Source of the DNA: Oopsacas minuta
Taxonomy: Eukaryota > Animalia > Porifera
NCBI GenBank assembly: GCA_024704765.1
Contig: JAKMXF010000039.1
Coordinates: forward strand, 1 to 63,515
Direction of reading: 5' to 3'
Length of the DNA: 63,515 nucleotides
Positions 13,092-25,989 of the stretch are shown one piece after another. Under the pieces are notes generated by a model. The model was not told the DNA's origin and did not search any database. It worked only from the letters and a program-made list of their open reading frames with translations. The translations under genes were made by a program, and so were the position numbers. Position 1 is the first letter of the stretch; each line of letters begins with the position of its first letter.

Positions 13092-14959
13092 CTATAGTTG
13101 ATACAGCTAGATCAGGACCATGCCAGACAATGAGGACCCCATCAACATCGGAAAAGTGAAGCGGTAAATTGCGGATTCACCACATCGTTCATCAAGGAGG
13201 CTTTTAAGAGAACTTCAATTGTCCAGGACAACAATCAGGAAGATTCTTGTAGATGATCTCAATCTCTTCTCATATAAATACAGTCCTACAGATGCAATCA
13301 ACAGCACAAAAAGAGAAGAGATTGACTTTTGCAAAACTTATCGCAGGGAAGGTTGAGAAGAATGAAATTGACATCGGTAATATTGACTGGAGTAACGAGC
13401 TCATTTTCACCTTTCTGGACATGGCAATAAACAGAACATGAGGATTTCGAGTGAGGAAAAGCCAGATCCACTTGATGCTAAGCCTTTAACACAAGAAAAG
13501 GTCACTGTTTGGTGTGCAGTTGGGTCCAAGAGGATTATTTGTCCGTATTTTTATGTAACTAATGAAGGGTCAAGAGTGACCGTGAATTGTGTCCGATACC
13601 TTGATATGTTAAAGTCCTACAACATTCCAACTTTCAGAAGACATAAGGAACTTGGCGGTATAACATTTCAACAAAATGGCGCACCCCCACATATAGCTAA
13701 AGTTATTAGTGACTTTCTTAGGGAAAAATTTGACAAACAGCTAATTTCACGAAACTAAGACTTCTTTTGGCCAACTTACAGCCCAGATCTAAACCCATGT
13801 GATTTTTATTTATGGGGATACCTGAAGGCAAGGTTACTCTAATCCTATCCCTGAGACTCAAGAGAAACATTCCCCGTGAAATAAGACGGAACAAGGCAGA
13901 AACATGAAGAAAGTGTCAGAAAATATCCTCACTAGATTCAAAAGTGATATCTTTAAATGGGAGTTGAATCGAGCATTTTATTAATGGATAGGTGCTCTAC
14001 AAGATGAAAATATCCCTTTACAAACCTTAGTATACTTTTTACAGAATTGACTTATCTTTTTGTGTTTAGAAATTATACAAAAATTTGTTTCAACCGGTTT
14101 CCCGAGGCCCACCTTGTATATCATGAGTATTTGTCAAATGAGTCTCTAGTTGACTGAAATCTGTTTCTCGGTGCTGAGGGGCAGAAGTTATTGCACTTTT
14201 ATTAAATATAGAATATATTGAATAGCAAGCTCGCTCATAGTGAATCTCGAGGCTTCCCATAGATTTATTATGACACTAATTAACTTCTGTCTAGCCTATA
14301 GCAAAAAATTATGAAAGGAATGGTGCCAAATATTCACAATTTTCGAAAGAGAAAAATATTCGACGCTTACGTACTCTTCTAGAATTTTATATTGGTCATA
14401 GTTTTTTGCTCAAAGCAAATGAAAAATATTCATTTTATAGCTTTTATCTCATCGGTAATAATTTCATTGTTCTTAGATGTTAAATAATTATTTTGTAAAC
14501 AATTGGTACATCTAGTGCTATATAATTTGGATTCATTGATATCTATATTTAACGGTAGCTTTAATCATTTGTATTATATTTATGAATAAAGTCTTTTTCA
14601 ATTAACCATGGATAATTTAAAAGATATGTATCTCCCCGAATATATAACCTTTGAATACTAGTAGAAATTGTTCCAAACAGCAAAAAGGGAGTAATTTAAT
14701 ACGCCGATTCCGAATTTTATACTCTTGAATTTGTACCAATCTAATCTCCAGTATTCCCTTCTATTAATATTTTTTAGTCCACTGATAATGATTGCGAACA
14801 AATTGAACATTATATGGACTGGATAATCATAGTAAATTGTAAATATATTGATTGATTAATTTGAAATCCTCGCTCCACTCGAAAAAAATGTAAAATTACA
14901 ATCTGTGCAGACAGCTTGGTCTATTAATTTAATGTTTATAAAGTGCACTATTAATTTCA

Positions 14960-15880
14960 AAAAACACTACTTGTGCAAGTTCGCGATAAGTGAACTCATT
15001 GCCAAAAGAATCAAGCTGTTTACTGATAGAGAATTTGTAAAGGAATGTCTTCTAACATCGGTTGACCTTGTTTGCCGTGAGAAATAAAGTCTGTTCGCTA
15101 ACATTAGTCTTGCTACACGAACTGTCACACGCAGAATTGAAGGTCATTAAAAGTGTATCAGTTGAAAATGAATTGGCCACATTCATTAGAGAAAGGGGTA
15201 TAGAAGTTCCGGAATTTAGTGATACAAAATGGTTGTCAGATTTGGCTCTTCTAGTGGATATTTCCAATCATTTAAACAATTTCAACTTGAAGCTACAGGG
15301 CAAGAACCAGTTAGTTAATGTCCTTTATGAATATGTATCCGCATTTCAAGCCAAGTTGCAACTGTGGTAGTTTTAATTGAAACAACAGAATTGTGCACAT
15401 TTTCATACTCTTTATGCAAATCAAGCAATTGATAACATATTATTCGACTTTTATAACGAATCTAAGTGAAAACTTGACATCCGATTTGCTGGCATTGTGA
15501 ATTAAGGGAATTTCGTTATTTCGCTACTCCATTTGATGTCGATTATTTTGAGGCTCAATTAGATGCATTCGGAGTTCATTGAGCTTCAAAATTCTGCTGA
15601 GCTCAGGTCAAGGTCCCGGATCTTTCGCTTGTGGAATTCTACCGTAAATACTTAACTAATAACAAATTTCCAGTACTGAGGAAGCATACCAAGACAATTG
15701 CAGTACTTTTCGGTAGACTTATGTTTGCGAGCAATTGTTTTCAAGAATGAAATGCTCAAAAACAAGCTGAGAACGAGATTAAAGGACGACTATTTGGAAA
15801 ATAAGATGTGATTATCAACATCTATTCTGTCACCTGATATTAAACACTGTAAATGTAGGACTGCATAAAAATCACATTAA
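14960..15880 (+). pseudogene. hAT (GTF2IRD2/EPM2AIP1-like) transposase remnant
   Basis: IAKRIKLFTDREFVKECLL; KWLSDLALLVDISNHLNNFNLKLQGKNQLV..LYEYVSAFQAKLQLW; downstream TY.CEQLFSRMK..K motif. Many stops and an internal deletion. Confidence 0.8.
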
Positions 15881-16243
15881 TTTTACTCGATTCTAGTATC
15901 CTAACATTATTGAAGATCATTATTTATTATGTATTCATAATTACCCATACTATAATGCAGTGGTTCTCAAACTGGGGTACGCCAGCACTTTTCCTAGGGG
16001 TATGCCGGTGTTTCACCTAACATATCAATTCTGTAATAATCATATACAAATATTTCGAGTTACACACTATCATGTCAACAGACTCAGCACATAGATAGTA
16101 ATTTCATGCCAGATAATTAATATGTATCAGTTACAATGGTTTCATCACTAATTATTATCACCCTTGAATATTTATTGTTTGAGGTTATGCTAATTAAGGA
16201 TTCCATTGTTCGTACATATGTGTCAATTCAAATTGATTTGACN

Positions 16244-16373
16244 TGTCAATTTTAATCCGATTTTGGATTTCTTTAGCTCTATCAACTTCTCTCAACGAGT
16301 TCTTGAACGGTGCATATAGGGATTTTTGACCACATTAAAAAAGTTGGGGGGTGTAAGATTCTGCAATTGTACC
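16244..16373 (-). repeat. Merlin-element right TIR end at a block start
   Basis: Matches 27651-27780, including the 6-G run. The left TIR at 24235 has only 5 C at the equivalent position. Confidence 0.9.
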
Positions 16374-16914
16374 ATACTTCATATTATAAACTGAAATCAG
16401 AAAACAAAACATATCGCAAATATTATAAATCCAAAAAGGACCAGTACACTACCAGTACTTCTGAGGAGGAGCTTGGAACTCCCTGACAAATCATCCAGGG
16501 AATTCCCTGGATCATTTTACTTCTCACTTATAAACCAGTTTGGAAGTCACCATTATGGAGTTGTTCTGAGATAATTCGTATACATTATATGCATAGACAT
16601 ATCGGAGATATTATAAAACTCAACAAGTACCCGTACGTCTGAGGAGGAGCTTGGAACTCCCAAACTAAAGATTCAGGGGAATATCTGGATGATCCAGGGA
16701 AATCTCTGGATCTTTTTAGGTTATATATAATGTAGTTCTGAAGATTAACTTATTGATTGTTATGTAACACTTATAGTTATTGACATCGTAGTTGAAAATT
16801 CATAATTTACCTGGCCGATACAAACTTTCGAATACCTGGATTTTCCAGTAAATCCCTGGATCAGAGGTCAAATCCCGGGGTAATCCAGGGATCCCTGGAG
16901 GGTTTGCAAGTCTA
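16374..16914 (-). mobile_element. 5' end of the hAT whose transposase lies at 22254-24234
   Basis: Ends ...GGGTTTGCAAGTCTA, a reverse-complement match (12 of 16) to CAGACTTACCAGCCCT at 40497. Shares subterminal CCCTGGAT motifs. On the minus strand it ends ATG AAG TAT, in frame with GAA GAG TGG across the Merlin insertion. Confidence 0.75.
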
Positions 16915-17032
16915 TATTAGGAGTGTTTTGCTACCAAAATGTGTATTCATGGATCAGGAGACAAATAATAATTGCTATTGAAATTATGGTACCCGACGGC
17001 CCTACCTATTTTTATGGTGTTTAGAATAAGGC

Positions 17033-17273
17033 ACCGTAAAATGGGTGTACTTTGGCCTACTGGGTTTGGTTTAGCCCAAATATTCAGTTCTAAATGAATT
17101 TCGAAGTGATTCAGGATTAAACTTCAAAATGACAAGGCAAATTATAAATAGATATTCAAATACAAGTGGTCATTTTGAAGTGTAATAATACTGAATTACT
17201 TCGAAATTTCTAAAGAACTCCAATATTTGGGCTAAAGCCAACCCAGCGGGCTAAAGTTGCACCATTTTAGGGT
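17033..17273. mobile_element. MITE (second copy at 53608-53807)
   Basis: TIRs ACCGTAAAATGGGTGTACTTTGGCC and GCTAAAGTTGCACCATTTTAGGGT. Same TTTAGCCCAAATATT subterminal motif as 53608-53807. Confidence 0.7.
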
Positions 17274-17479
17274 ATTCAAAAGTAATTACCAAGTAATCAG
17301 CGCATGCGCGCCAAAAGTACCTAGCCCACCTACTGAAATTATTCATTTAGTTGTTTAGATACACATTAGTAACAAATAATATTACTACCTCCATTCTCGT
17401 GATAATTTGAATAATTATATAACTATAATTTAGTATATAATTCAGTAACAAATAACTTATACATAGCTCAATTATACTA

Positions 17480-17625
17480 TAGTACAGCTTTTGTGTATTA
17501 GCTTTTCTATGTTCCAGGAAAGGTCATTTGTTAGGCCTAATGAAAGTCACCTTTTGGGAATGAGGGTATGGGGTTTTTGTATTACAAAAAACTGTACTAT
17601 ACTATAGTTGAGCTATCTATAAGGA
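17480..17625. repeat. Dispersed repeat; inverted copy at ~54030-54165
   Basis: tacagcttttgtgtattagc...gaatgagggtatggggtttttgtattacaaaaaactgta matches the reverse complement of tacagttttgtaatagaaaaacccataccctcattc...gctaatacaaaaaaacta. Confidence 0.65.
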
Positions 17626-17981
17626 ATCTGATTCAGTGATATGTTTAGATCTTGTGTCCTATTAGCATTCTCTTAGCACAATATAATTTGATATTTGGAA
17701 AGATATACTCTTTTCGGAAGCCTCCTACACGGTTTCAACTTTATCACCACCTCCAAAGTAGTATCTTGACATCGGACAGTAAATAATCATCAAACAACAA
17801 CTCGATATATAGTGGTATAATTCACAACATCCATAATAGCGTCACTTCAGAGTATTCAGAGACATTAGCGAATGGGTTTAGGTTGAATTGTTAAGATATA
17901 AGTTTCTTGGGAGATCCTACGAACCTGTGAAAATATTTATATATATATATATTAGTTTGTAATCCCAAAACAGAAAAATGA

Positions 17982-18182
17982 ATAAGAGAACTGAAGGAAA
18001 CGTTAAGAGCATCTTTTGCAGCTGTCAGAAAGTTCACAGAACTCACAGGTGAGCAAGTAGGGATCGTTTTCTCCTGGAAGGGTAAGAACACCATCGTCGG
18101 CAAAGAGCCTTTCAATGGGTTTGTTAGTTGCCATTGCGGGGAGATTGAAAGATCATTGATCTCTTCTTTCAACTCGGGATAA
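17982..18182 (+). pseudogene. Start-less ORF resembling an NRF1/EWG-type DNA-binding domain
   Basis: IRELKETLRASFAAVRKFTELTGEQVGIVFSWKGKNTIVGKEPFNGFVSCHCGEIERSLISSFNSG*. By-eye similarity to NRF1 'VGQQAIV...FGAAPLENVV...MILEDL'. An out-of-frame ATG sits at 17978. Confidence 0.35.
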
Positions 18183-18639
18183 GACACCTACAGAATCCAT
18201 CCTATCAGCTCTACATCTCTGCAGTTCATCTGATGCCACTGAACGTGAGGCAGTAAAATTATTACATTAATTAAGTATTTTAAACAGATGGAAGGAATTT
18301 TTGGCGTAAGAAGACATGTTATAGTTGGTGGGATAAGAGCATTGAGAATGAAATTACTAAATCAGGGTACAGCAAAGAAACTCTAATTCGACTTGTTAGA
18401 GGTTAATAGAAGACGCATAACTTGCATCAATCCTTGATCGACCTCCTACTAATTCTCTCCCTCGTGCCTCCGAGCTAGTAGTACTACAATAGAAACACGA
18501 ACCAGGTCTATGAGCCATCCTTACCTCCACCTCCTGACTAGGGTGTTCTTCTTCACCACCACAATCCAGTATCTCAGATTTGGATGACGTTGGGCAGGAA
18601 GTAGAAATACATCCGATAGTAGCTTCTCAAGCTTGACAG

Positions 18640-19738
18640 GGTAAACAGAGACAGGACCAACCACGGTTTAGAGATTCGTTCCGAAGCAATAGGGATGCTA
18701 AAGTGTGGTATTGCACAGCAAAAGGTAGCTCTCGATCTGGAGGTTTCGGTAAGATCTGTCAAGAGGTGGTGGAGTACCTATAAAAAGGGAAAAAGTCTCG
18801 AGACCAAGACCCGTTCTGGCAAGCCGCCGATTTTGAATAGGGTCAGAAAATTATTATCTCCATACTTTAGGTAAAAGAGGGCAATCAACTAGCGAGATCG
18901 CAAAGAGGTTGGATGTAAGTAGTGACCTTGTTTCTCACATTATACTCTATCGGAATTTGAAGGATTCTGTTGGTGAATCAACGTTTAAGAGACATAAAAC
19001 CCCCGGTTTATTAACAAAACATTCAAGACCGACTAAATTTTGCCAAGAAACATCAAAATTGGGGATGGAAGCATGGAAAAGAGTTCTTTGGTCTGATGAG
19101 TCTCCCTTTGAGTCGTACGCAACATCAAATCGGCACAATGATCGAGTTAGGGCTAAAACAACCAAAGATGTTCCACGCATCTTGTCAGTGAAATTTCCTC
19201 AAAAAATTCAGGTCTAGGGACCTATGTCGCATCGAGCACTCTCTGGACTCCACAGAATTCCGCAGGGACAGACTACAAATTCGCTATATTCCAAGATTGA
19301 AATATTAGCCAACGCAAGTAGACATGCCATCAATCGTACCGCAAATACTGGACATGTTTGAGAGCGGGCAATGCTGGAAAACATGTCCGATTTCATTTTT
19401 ATGCAAGATGATGCTCCACCTCATACGACAAAGTTCACTCAGGAGTGGAGACGGAATAATCTAAACGGGTTTTGGTAGAAAGCTTACCTGCCTGGGAATT
19501 CTCCGGATCTAAACCCAATTGAAATCCTTGACGAAAATGGCCAGATGACAAATCAGGACCAGTTAATTGGAAAACTAAAATTAGCATGGCACGAAATAAC
19601 TCCAGAGATTATGGAAAATTTTGCGGCAAGCATGCCGAATAGAATTAAAATGGTTCTAGAAATAGGGGCGATTACAAAATCAAATGAATGTAGTTTATTT
19701 CTAGTAATCGTAGGAGACAGTACATTTGTTACACCCGG
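18640..19738 (+). mobile_element. Degenerate Tc1-like element
   Basis: GMLKCGIAQQKVALDLEVSVRSVKRWW (HTH), WKRVLWSDESPF, FMQDDAPPHT, PGNSPDLNPIE. Right TIR GTTACACCCGG|TA. Left TIR not found. Confidence 0.8.
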
Positions 19739-19850
19739 TAATTCACTATGACCATAGAAGAGCGTATTGGCATGTATCTAGTGCGGATCACCATGGCAAA
19801 ATATATTCAATTCTATGTTCGATATCACTTCAGAACAAGTTCATGTACTA

Positions 19851-21968
19851 CAGGGTTGAGCATAAGTTCTGCCACATTTTGAATAGCTATATTTTCCGAT
19901 TGATATATTGTATTGTGTTGAAATTCGGTATGTACTACTAAATATGGTATATACAAGGGTGGGCCACGGGAGTCTGATCCAAAGTAAATTGCTCTCATTT
20001 GAAAACGAAACAATCAAACTTAGTTCCGTAAAAAGATTTCAAAAATATAGATGAATAGTTTTGTGAATACATCATCCTTTCTTCTTCAGCCATTAATCAG
20101 ATGCTCGATCCATGCCCCTTTCCTACCCAGCACTCTTTGTAGTCTGACAAGTACGTTATCGTACACATTAGCCAGAGTTTCTCCATTACTCTTCTGGATT
20201 TCTCTTCTGATGTTCTTCTTGAGGTCCTCTAGGGGCCTAGGAACAGGATCCCTGTACACAACTGACTTCAGGTAGCCCCACAGGTAAAAATCGCAAGGAT
20301 TAAGGTCCGGGGAATATGGGGGCCAGAAATTGTCAAATCCATGACCAATCACCCTGTCACTAAACTTCTCTGGTAGCCAGTCGCTAACTGATTGGCATAG
20401 TGTGGGGGTGCTCCATCCTGATGAAAAGTATAGTATTCAGTTCACCATGTCTCCTGATATTGGGAAGGTAGAATCTTTTCAGCATTGCCAGGTATCTCCA
20501 CCGGTTTCCGTACAGGTTTTACCATCCTCATCTTCAAAAAAGTACGGCCTATGATCCGGTCATGGGCAACTGCACACCAGACAACCAACTGTTCAGTGCT
20601 CAAGGGTCTCTGAGCAATAGGTTCTGGCTTCTCCAATGCCCAGAACCTCATGTTCTGCTTGTTAACATGTCCTGAAAGATGAAAGTTTGCCTCGTCAGAC
20701 CCATGTACTTCAGTGATCTTCAAAAGTTTTTCCTCAATCATCTTGGAAATGTACGTAGCAAATTGGACCCTCTTCTTCTGATTTGATTCTCTTTGCTTTT
20801 GCTGCATCTGTATTTTGTAAGGAAAGGCTCCAATGGCATCATTAAGGATCCTCTTCACTGAGCTCCTACTGATTGCAGTCTCTGCAGATAGCCTTCTTGT
20901 TGCGCGATGTGGTGGATCTGCCAGTTTCTTCTTGATTTTTTGAATGTTTTCATGCGTTCTAACAGTCTTCTTGGGTCCCTTTCGTTTTCTATTGCCTACC
21001 GTACCACCCTCCTCCATCTTCTCGACAATAATCATGATTGTGTTCCTAGCAGGAGCCTTCATTGTCTTGTAATCCACCTTGAAAGCTCGTTGGGCCGAAA
21101 CAACACTTCTCCCGTTTTCAATATACCAGTAGAGTAACTTCACTTTGACATCCTGCTGGAGTGACATTACATAAACCTAGGGGTAGTTTGGTTAGTATTT
21201 TTAAAAAAATATTTATCGCAGCTTTAAGATGAATGGTGAATCACTGAAGTCTGACAAAAATTGCACGTGCTAGAGCAATTTACATTTGCTCAGTCTTCCA
21301 TGGTCCACCCTATAGATTCGCAGATACATTAATTATTCGATGTATCCTCCTTTACTTTCAATTACACCCGTTTGGTCTCTTAGGGAAGGCCTCTACTGCG
21401 GCACGGAGTATTTCTTGAGGTATTCTCTCCCATTCTCGACACAAAGACTTTTTCAGGGAGTCTACATTGGTGTGAGACAGCAAACATCCCCTCGTTTCCA
21501 AAATGGAGCAGATAGAATAATCCATTGGATTTAAATCGGGGCTGTATGGTGGCCATTCTTCCTTTTGAATAAAATCTGGATTATTACTTCGAAGCCAGGC
21601 CTGAGTGGCATTCGATGTGTGGGCTGGAGCACCATCTTGTTGGAACACGAAAGGGTTCCCAGAAAACATAGTTTTAGAGAGATCTTGTACTCCAGGTTCT
21701 AAAATAAGCCCACGGTAGGTTTGGGTGTCGACTTTTACGCCCGCTGGCACGAATATGAGTGGTGTCTGGCCAATTGATGATGTTCCCGCCCAAACCATAA
21801 CTGAAAATGGCTTTTGTATACGGCTGACATATCGAAGTTCTTCTGGGATAGAAGAAATTGAGGATGAGATAATGCGATCATTTTGAGGGTTCGTTGCTTC
21901 CTCAATGGTGAATATTTTCCTATCTGAGAACAGGAATGATTTGAGACCATGGATCTCGTGCCTCTTAA
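19851..21968 (-). mobile_element. Tc1-like element (3' part), interrupted by a Tc3-like element and cut at N
   Basis: TIR TA|CAGGGTTGAGCATAAGTTCTG resembles the one at 48956. Transposase C-half MVWAGTSSIG...FQQDGAPAHT...WPPYSPDLNPMDY at 21358-21798. Confidence 0.8.
19954..21312 (-). mobile_element. Tc3-like element with near-complete transposase (frameshifted)
   Basis: TIRs CAAGGGTGGGCCACGGGAGTCTG and CAGTCTTCCATGGTCCACCCTA, TA flanks. ORFs 20442..21167 (DUF4817-like HTH, SDEANFHLSGHVNKQN, VVWCAV) and 20086..20352 (WPPYSPDLNPCDFYLWGYLK). Confidence 0.9.
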
Positions 21969-21969
21969 N

Positions 21970-24234
21970 CCCTTCGTTGATAATTCCCTGGATTGAAATC
22001 TTAAAATCCCTGGATTTTTAACAATTTCCCTGGATTTACGGGCCCAATAATTGAATATATAAAATACACTTTATATTCTCCCATTTAGAATAATTCTAGT
22101 ATTTATTAATACCTATAAGTAATAATAGGGTCTGCACTGTGGCTTTCGGCCCTCGATTGGGTGAAAAGCTACATACAAAATTCGAAAGTAGTTTACTTTT
22201 CAAGAAGTAACAATAGTCTATAAAAGTATAGTTATGAATGATATCTAAAATATTCAATTCTCCTTTTCAAGGCTTTTCCGGGTAGCTTTCTTGGCAATCT
22301 CTATCAATTCTTCAGAAATAAGATCCTGACTTAAGTTACAAGCTGTATCGTGATTCATCTTTATATTGAGCAGATCACATGTTGTGGATGGGCTCAGTAA
22401 AGAACAGGAATCAGTCTCAATTTTTTTAACCAATGCTGAATAAACGTTCTGGATCAGCATTTGAATGCGGTAGGGTAAGAAGTATCTTTGAAAGTTTTGA
22501 TAAGTTAGAGTAAGCAAGAGGGGAATCAGAAAGATCTACTGAAGTAACCACTTACAACCTGCTCATTGTTGACCAGAAATGGTCAATAGCAGCTATATCT
22601 GTTGGGTTATATGATGGAAGCTGATTATCTGGTGTGATCTTATAAGCAACAAACTCTTGAATTATTTGGTCAATTTCCTCAGAAGTAGTAGTCATGAATT
22701 GTTTACAGAGGCGTGTAATGGATTGGATACAACAATGTGTACGATTACGAGGGTTAAGAAACGCTAAATCGCTTAATGTATCGTTCCTGTGAGGGAACTT
22801 AGCGAGCATTTTTGAGACAACAGTCTCAGAAAACAAGCAAACACTATCGTAGAACCTGTCACCCATTAAGGTGCCATGTATTTCATCTTCAAACTCTGAA
22901 ATAAGATCTAAAGTGTCATTCCCAACCACTAGACTATTTCTAGGTAACTGGTTCACTTTGTTACGATAGTCAATGGTTAGAATATCAGCTGTAGTGATAA
23001 TAATTTCAGGTTGTATAAAATTAGCTAAATAACCACGAAGAAGTAATAGTGTATCTTCTTTTATGGCACCGATGCGGCTAGCATGAGTTTGAAATATTAT
23101 AGTAAATTTGTTGAGTGGCTGAAGAGCGAAGTGTGTAAATGCACAAATTAATTTTACCTTCAAACTATTTAAAGAGTCAGCGACTCTTTTAGCACGGTTG
23201 TTTTTCGGTTCTATATCCATTTGCCTGTCAAAATATGCTCTCAAGGCTGGCCACTGTTCAAGCAAGCGTTTGAGGCACCTAAATAGGCTCAACCACCTGG
23301 TTGTGCAGTGCTTCAAAACTCTCACTGGTTTGATTTCCTCAAACTCAGCTTGGACAACAGAAAATTCTTCCTATCTCTTAGCACTATATTTGAAGTGGTA
23401 AAAAACATCAATAAGTAAAACATCCACAGATAAAGGGAGAGACTTTAGTGCAGCAGCAGCACCACACAAGTGAGCCAAGTGGCACAAGCACCCGAGACAG
23501 AACACGCGTGGTTGCTTTTCACGTATTCGATTAAGTACTGAGTTACGCGCTCCAACCATAACGTTTGCGGTATCTGACGCAAATCCGATCACATTTTCCC
23601 AAGGAAGATTACGTTCTTCGAAAACAGTGCTTAGAGCATCAAATAGATTTTGAGCTGTTGCAATATTACAAATTGGCATTGCCAGAAATCGTGTCATAGC
23701 TTGGTTGTTTCTATTGCACCAATATCTCACCAGGACAGTAAAATATTTATGATCTGTCATATCATTACCGCCATCACAAAGGATTGAAAATGGTTCAGAG
23801 CGGTATTTATCATTGACCATATTTCTAAGAGATGGAGGCAAAGCGTGAGTGATAATGGCTGTTGTTTTTGTTCGGGCACATGAATAAGAATGAGCAATGT
23901 GGCTAACAGGAAACATAACTTTAGTCAAATGAGTGAAGTGGTCTGCGACGAGGAAGGGCAAATTATGTTCTGCGATAAATAAGGAGAAATATATTTCTGC
24001 TGACATAACTTGTTTGTTCAAGGGGCTCAAAGATGCTGCAGCCACTAGTGCAGTAGAAATAGAAAGTTGTTCATCTACTTGACCTAACAAACTTTTATGT
24101 TTCGCTGTCTTTAGGTGACGATCTACTTCATGTTTCCCACCACCAGAAATACAAATATCAACTTGGCAAATCGTACAAAACGCAAAACCAATGCCATTCT
24201 TGCTTAGTTTCATTCTAACGCTGGCCCACTCTTC
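21970..24234 (-). mobile_element. hAT element (BED-finger transposase pseudogene plus 3' end)
   Basis: FCTIC...RHLKTAKH (BED-like), ILCDGGND, FASDTANVMVG, CLCHLAHLC, TRWLSL, LPHSNADPERLFS. In-frame stops at 23371 and 22552 and a +1 frameshift near 22430. Confidence 0.9.
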
Positions 24235-24690
24235 GGTACAATTGCAGAATCTTACACCCCCAACTTTTTTAATGTGGTCAAAAATCCCTATATGCACCGT
24301 TCAAGAACTCGTTGAGAGAAGTTGATAGAGCTAAAGAAATCCAAAATCGGATTAAAATTGACAAAGTTACGAAAAATTTACTCCCTAAGCCAAATCCTAT
24401 GGGGAAAATTGTATTACTCACTATAGTCAAATTGTATTCATTTATACATTACAATTACCATAGGAATGCTCATACTGTTGATATTGCGGTTATACACGCC
24501 TGTTACTCTACTCTTTCATGCTCATTTGTTTGCTATTCAGTGTATTTCACTGCAGGTAATTCTTGTTACTTTAAAGGAAAGCTGGTTATTACATAATTCT
24601 GTCTGCAACACTAAATATACAATGCAACATTTCATTTCATATTATGCATGCAACTAAATTGCATCCTGTATGTGAAGTCGTTCAAACGTA

Positions 24691-24916
24691 CCATACTTGC
24701 CAACTGTTTCGTTGGTTGGCGGGACACCACGATTACTCGCCCCGAATATGCGTTGACTGCCAATGAGGCTAATGTCCAGCCAAAACTTGACAAAACCCTT
24801 AATTGTCCCTCTATTTTGTAGTCCAGTCTAATACAAATATGCTGTATCCGACGATGTCCCACTCAATTAGCCCCTTCTGTCCCGCATTTTATCCTCACTC
24901 ATGTTGGCAAGTATGG
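24691..24916. mobile_element. MITE inside the Merlin element
   Basis: CCATACTTGCCAAC at 24691 and GTTGGCAAGTATGG ending at 24916. Confidence 0.55.
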
Positions 24917-25989
24917 GGTTGACACTTGCCCTGTAATACCCCGATAATGTTTAGCCAGTGCAGAGCAAAAGTATCAAGTTTTGGATAGCTAATATCATAC
25001 GGGTGGTATTTCTTGCCTGAACCAGATGTGCGGGGTCAAATGTCTATTATAGATAAACATGAGCAAGTGTAATCAGTTTGTAACTGCAACACATTCTCAT
25101 TATAACGAAGTGTTCTGGACTGGTACGGAACCCGGTTACATTTCGTGATCTGCAGCAGGTTTATGGATCACTTTGTAATAGCGTGAGATTAGCCATATAA
25201 TTGATATTAGCTTATGACGGAAGTTTACAGAACAGGGCTTTATGAGGTGGTGCAACAGGTTCGGCGGTCGCTCCGAACCAATAATTAGCAATGTATATTA
25301 TTGGTGAGATGTGATGAATGCTGCAACAGTAAGTTTGTGATTCCTGCGTCCCTACAATGCCAGTATTATTAGACAGTCAACTCCGCTTAATTAGGACAAA
25401 TTCAGGTAACCGAGTGAAATTAGTAACTCACTCAAGACGATTTTCTCTTGATTTAGGAAGTTGTAATAAGCTACGTACTAGGTACATCGCCTAATTTGGG
25501 ATAAATATGGCCAAATCAAATTCTATTTACTACTTATTGTTATCGGAAGACAATATAACGATCCGAATGAGAAATTTATTTGATTATGGGATTATTTACA
25601 TAAATTTTCTTTACAACCAACAATCACCTAAAATATGGTAAATATGCTTGAGATTAAACATGAGAAGTGTGGTAAAAATATGTGGTTTCAGATGTAATTT
25701 CTATTGTATAGATTTGTTGATGTGTTCATAGTTCTGCCAGTATCTATTACATACGAAATTTAGTATAATTGGAATGCTGTTTGTCTGGTTACTGAGTTGA
25801 ACAACAAATGGTTTAGGAAAGTGGCATGCAAACCACATGTAATTATTACCTATACTTAAAGAATACATTCCAAACGATCATACAATGTATTTCGATCAAT
25901 CTTAAGTCAAGTATAAAAGGAATATCAGGGAAATAGAACTAACAAATCCTAATTATTCGAGTTGTGATATTTCTATTATAAAACCCTTA

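Larger units (their letters stand above)
10508..14116 (+). mobile_element. Tc3-like (DUF4817 HTH plus DDE) element split by a hAT insertion
   Basis: N-terminal VTTQRRFRRFYNSRTAPKPDTIKNIVKRFEKNGTV at 10508-10624 resumes at 13100 (DTARSG...). Then VTVWCAV, FQQNGAPPH and SPDLNPCDFYLWGYLK. The right TIR ends GGCCCACCTTG|TA and resembles the TIR at 19954. Confidence 0.8.
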
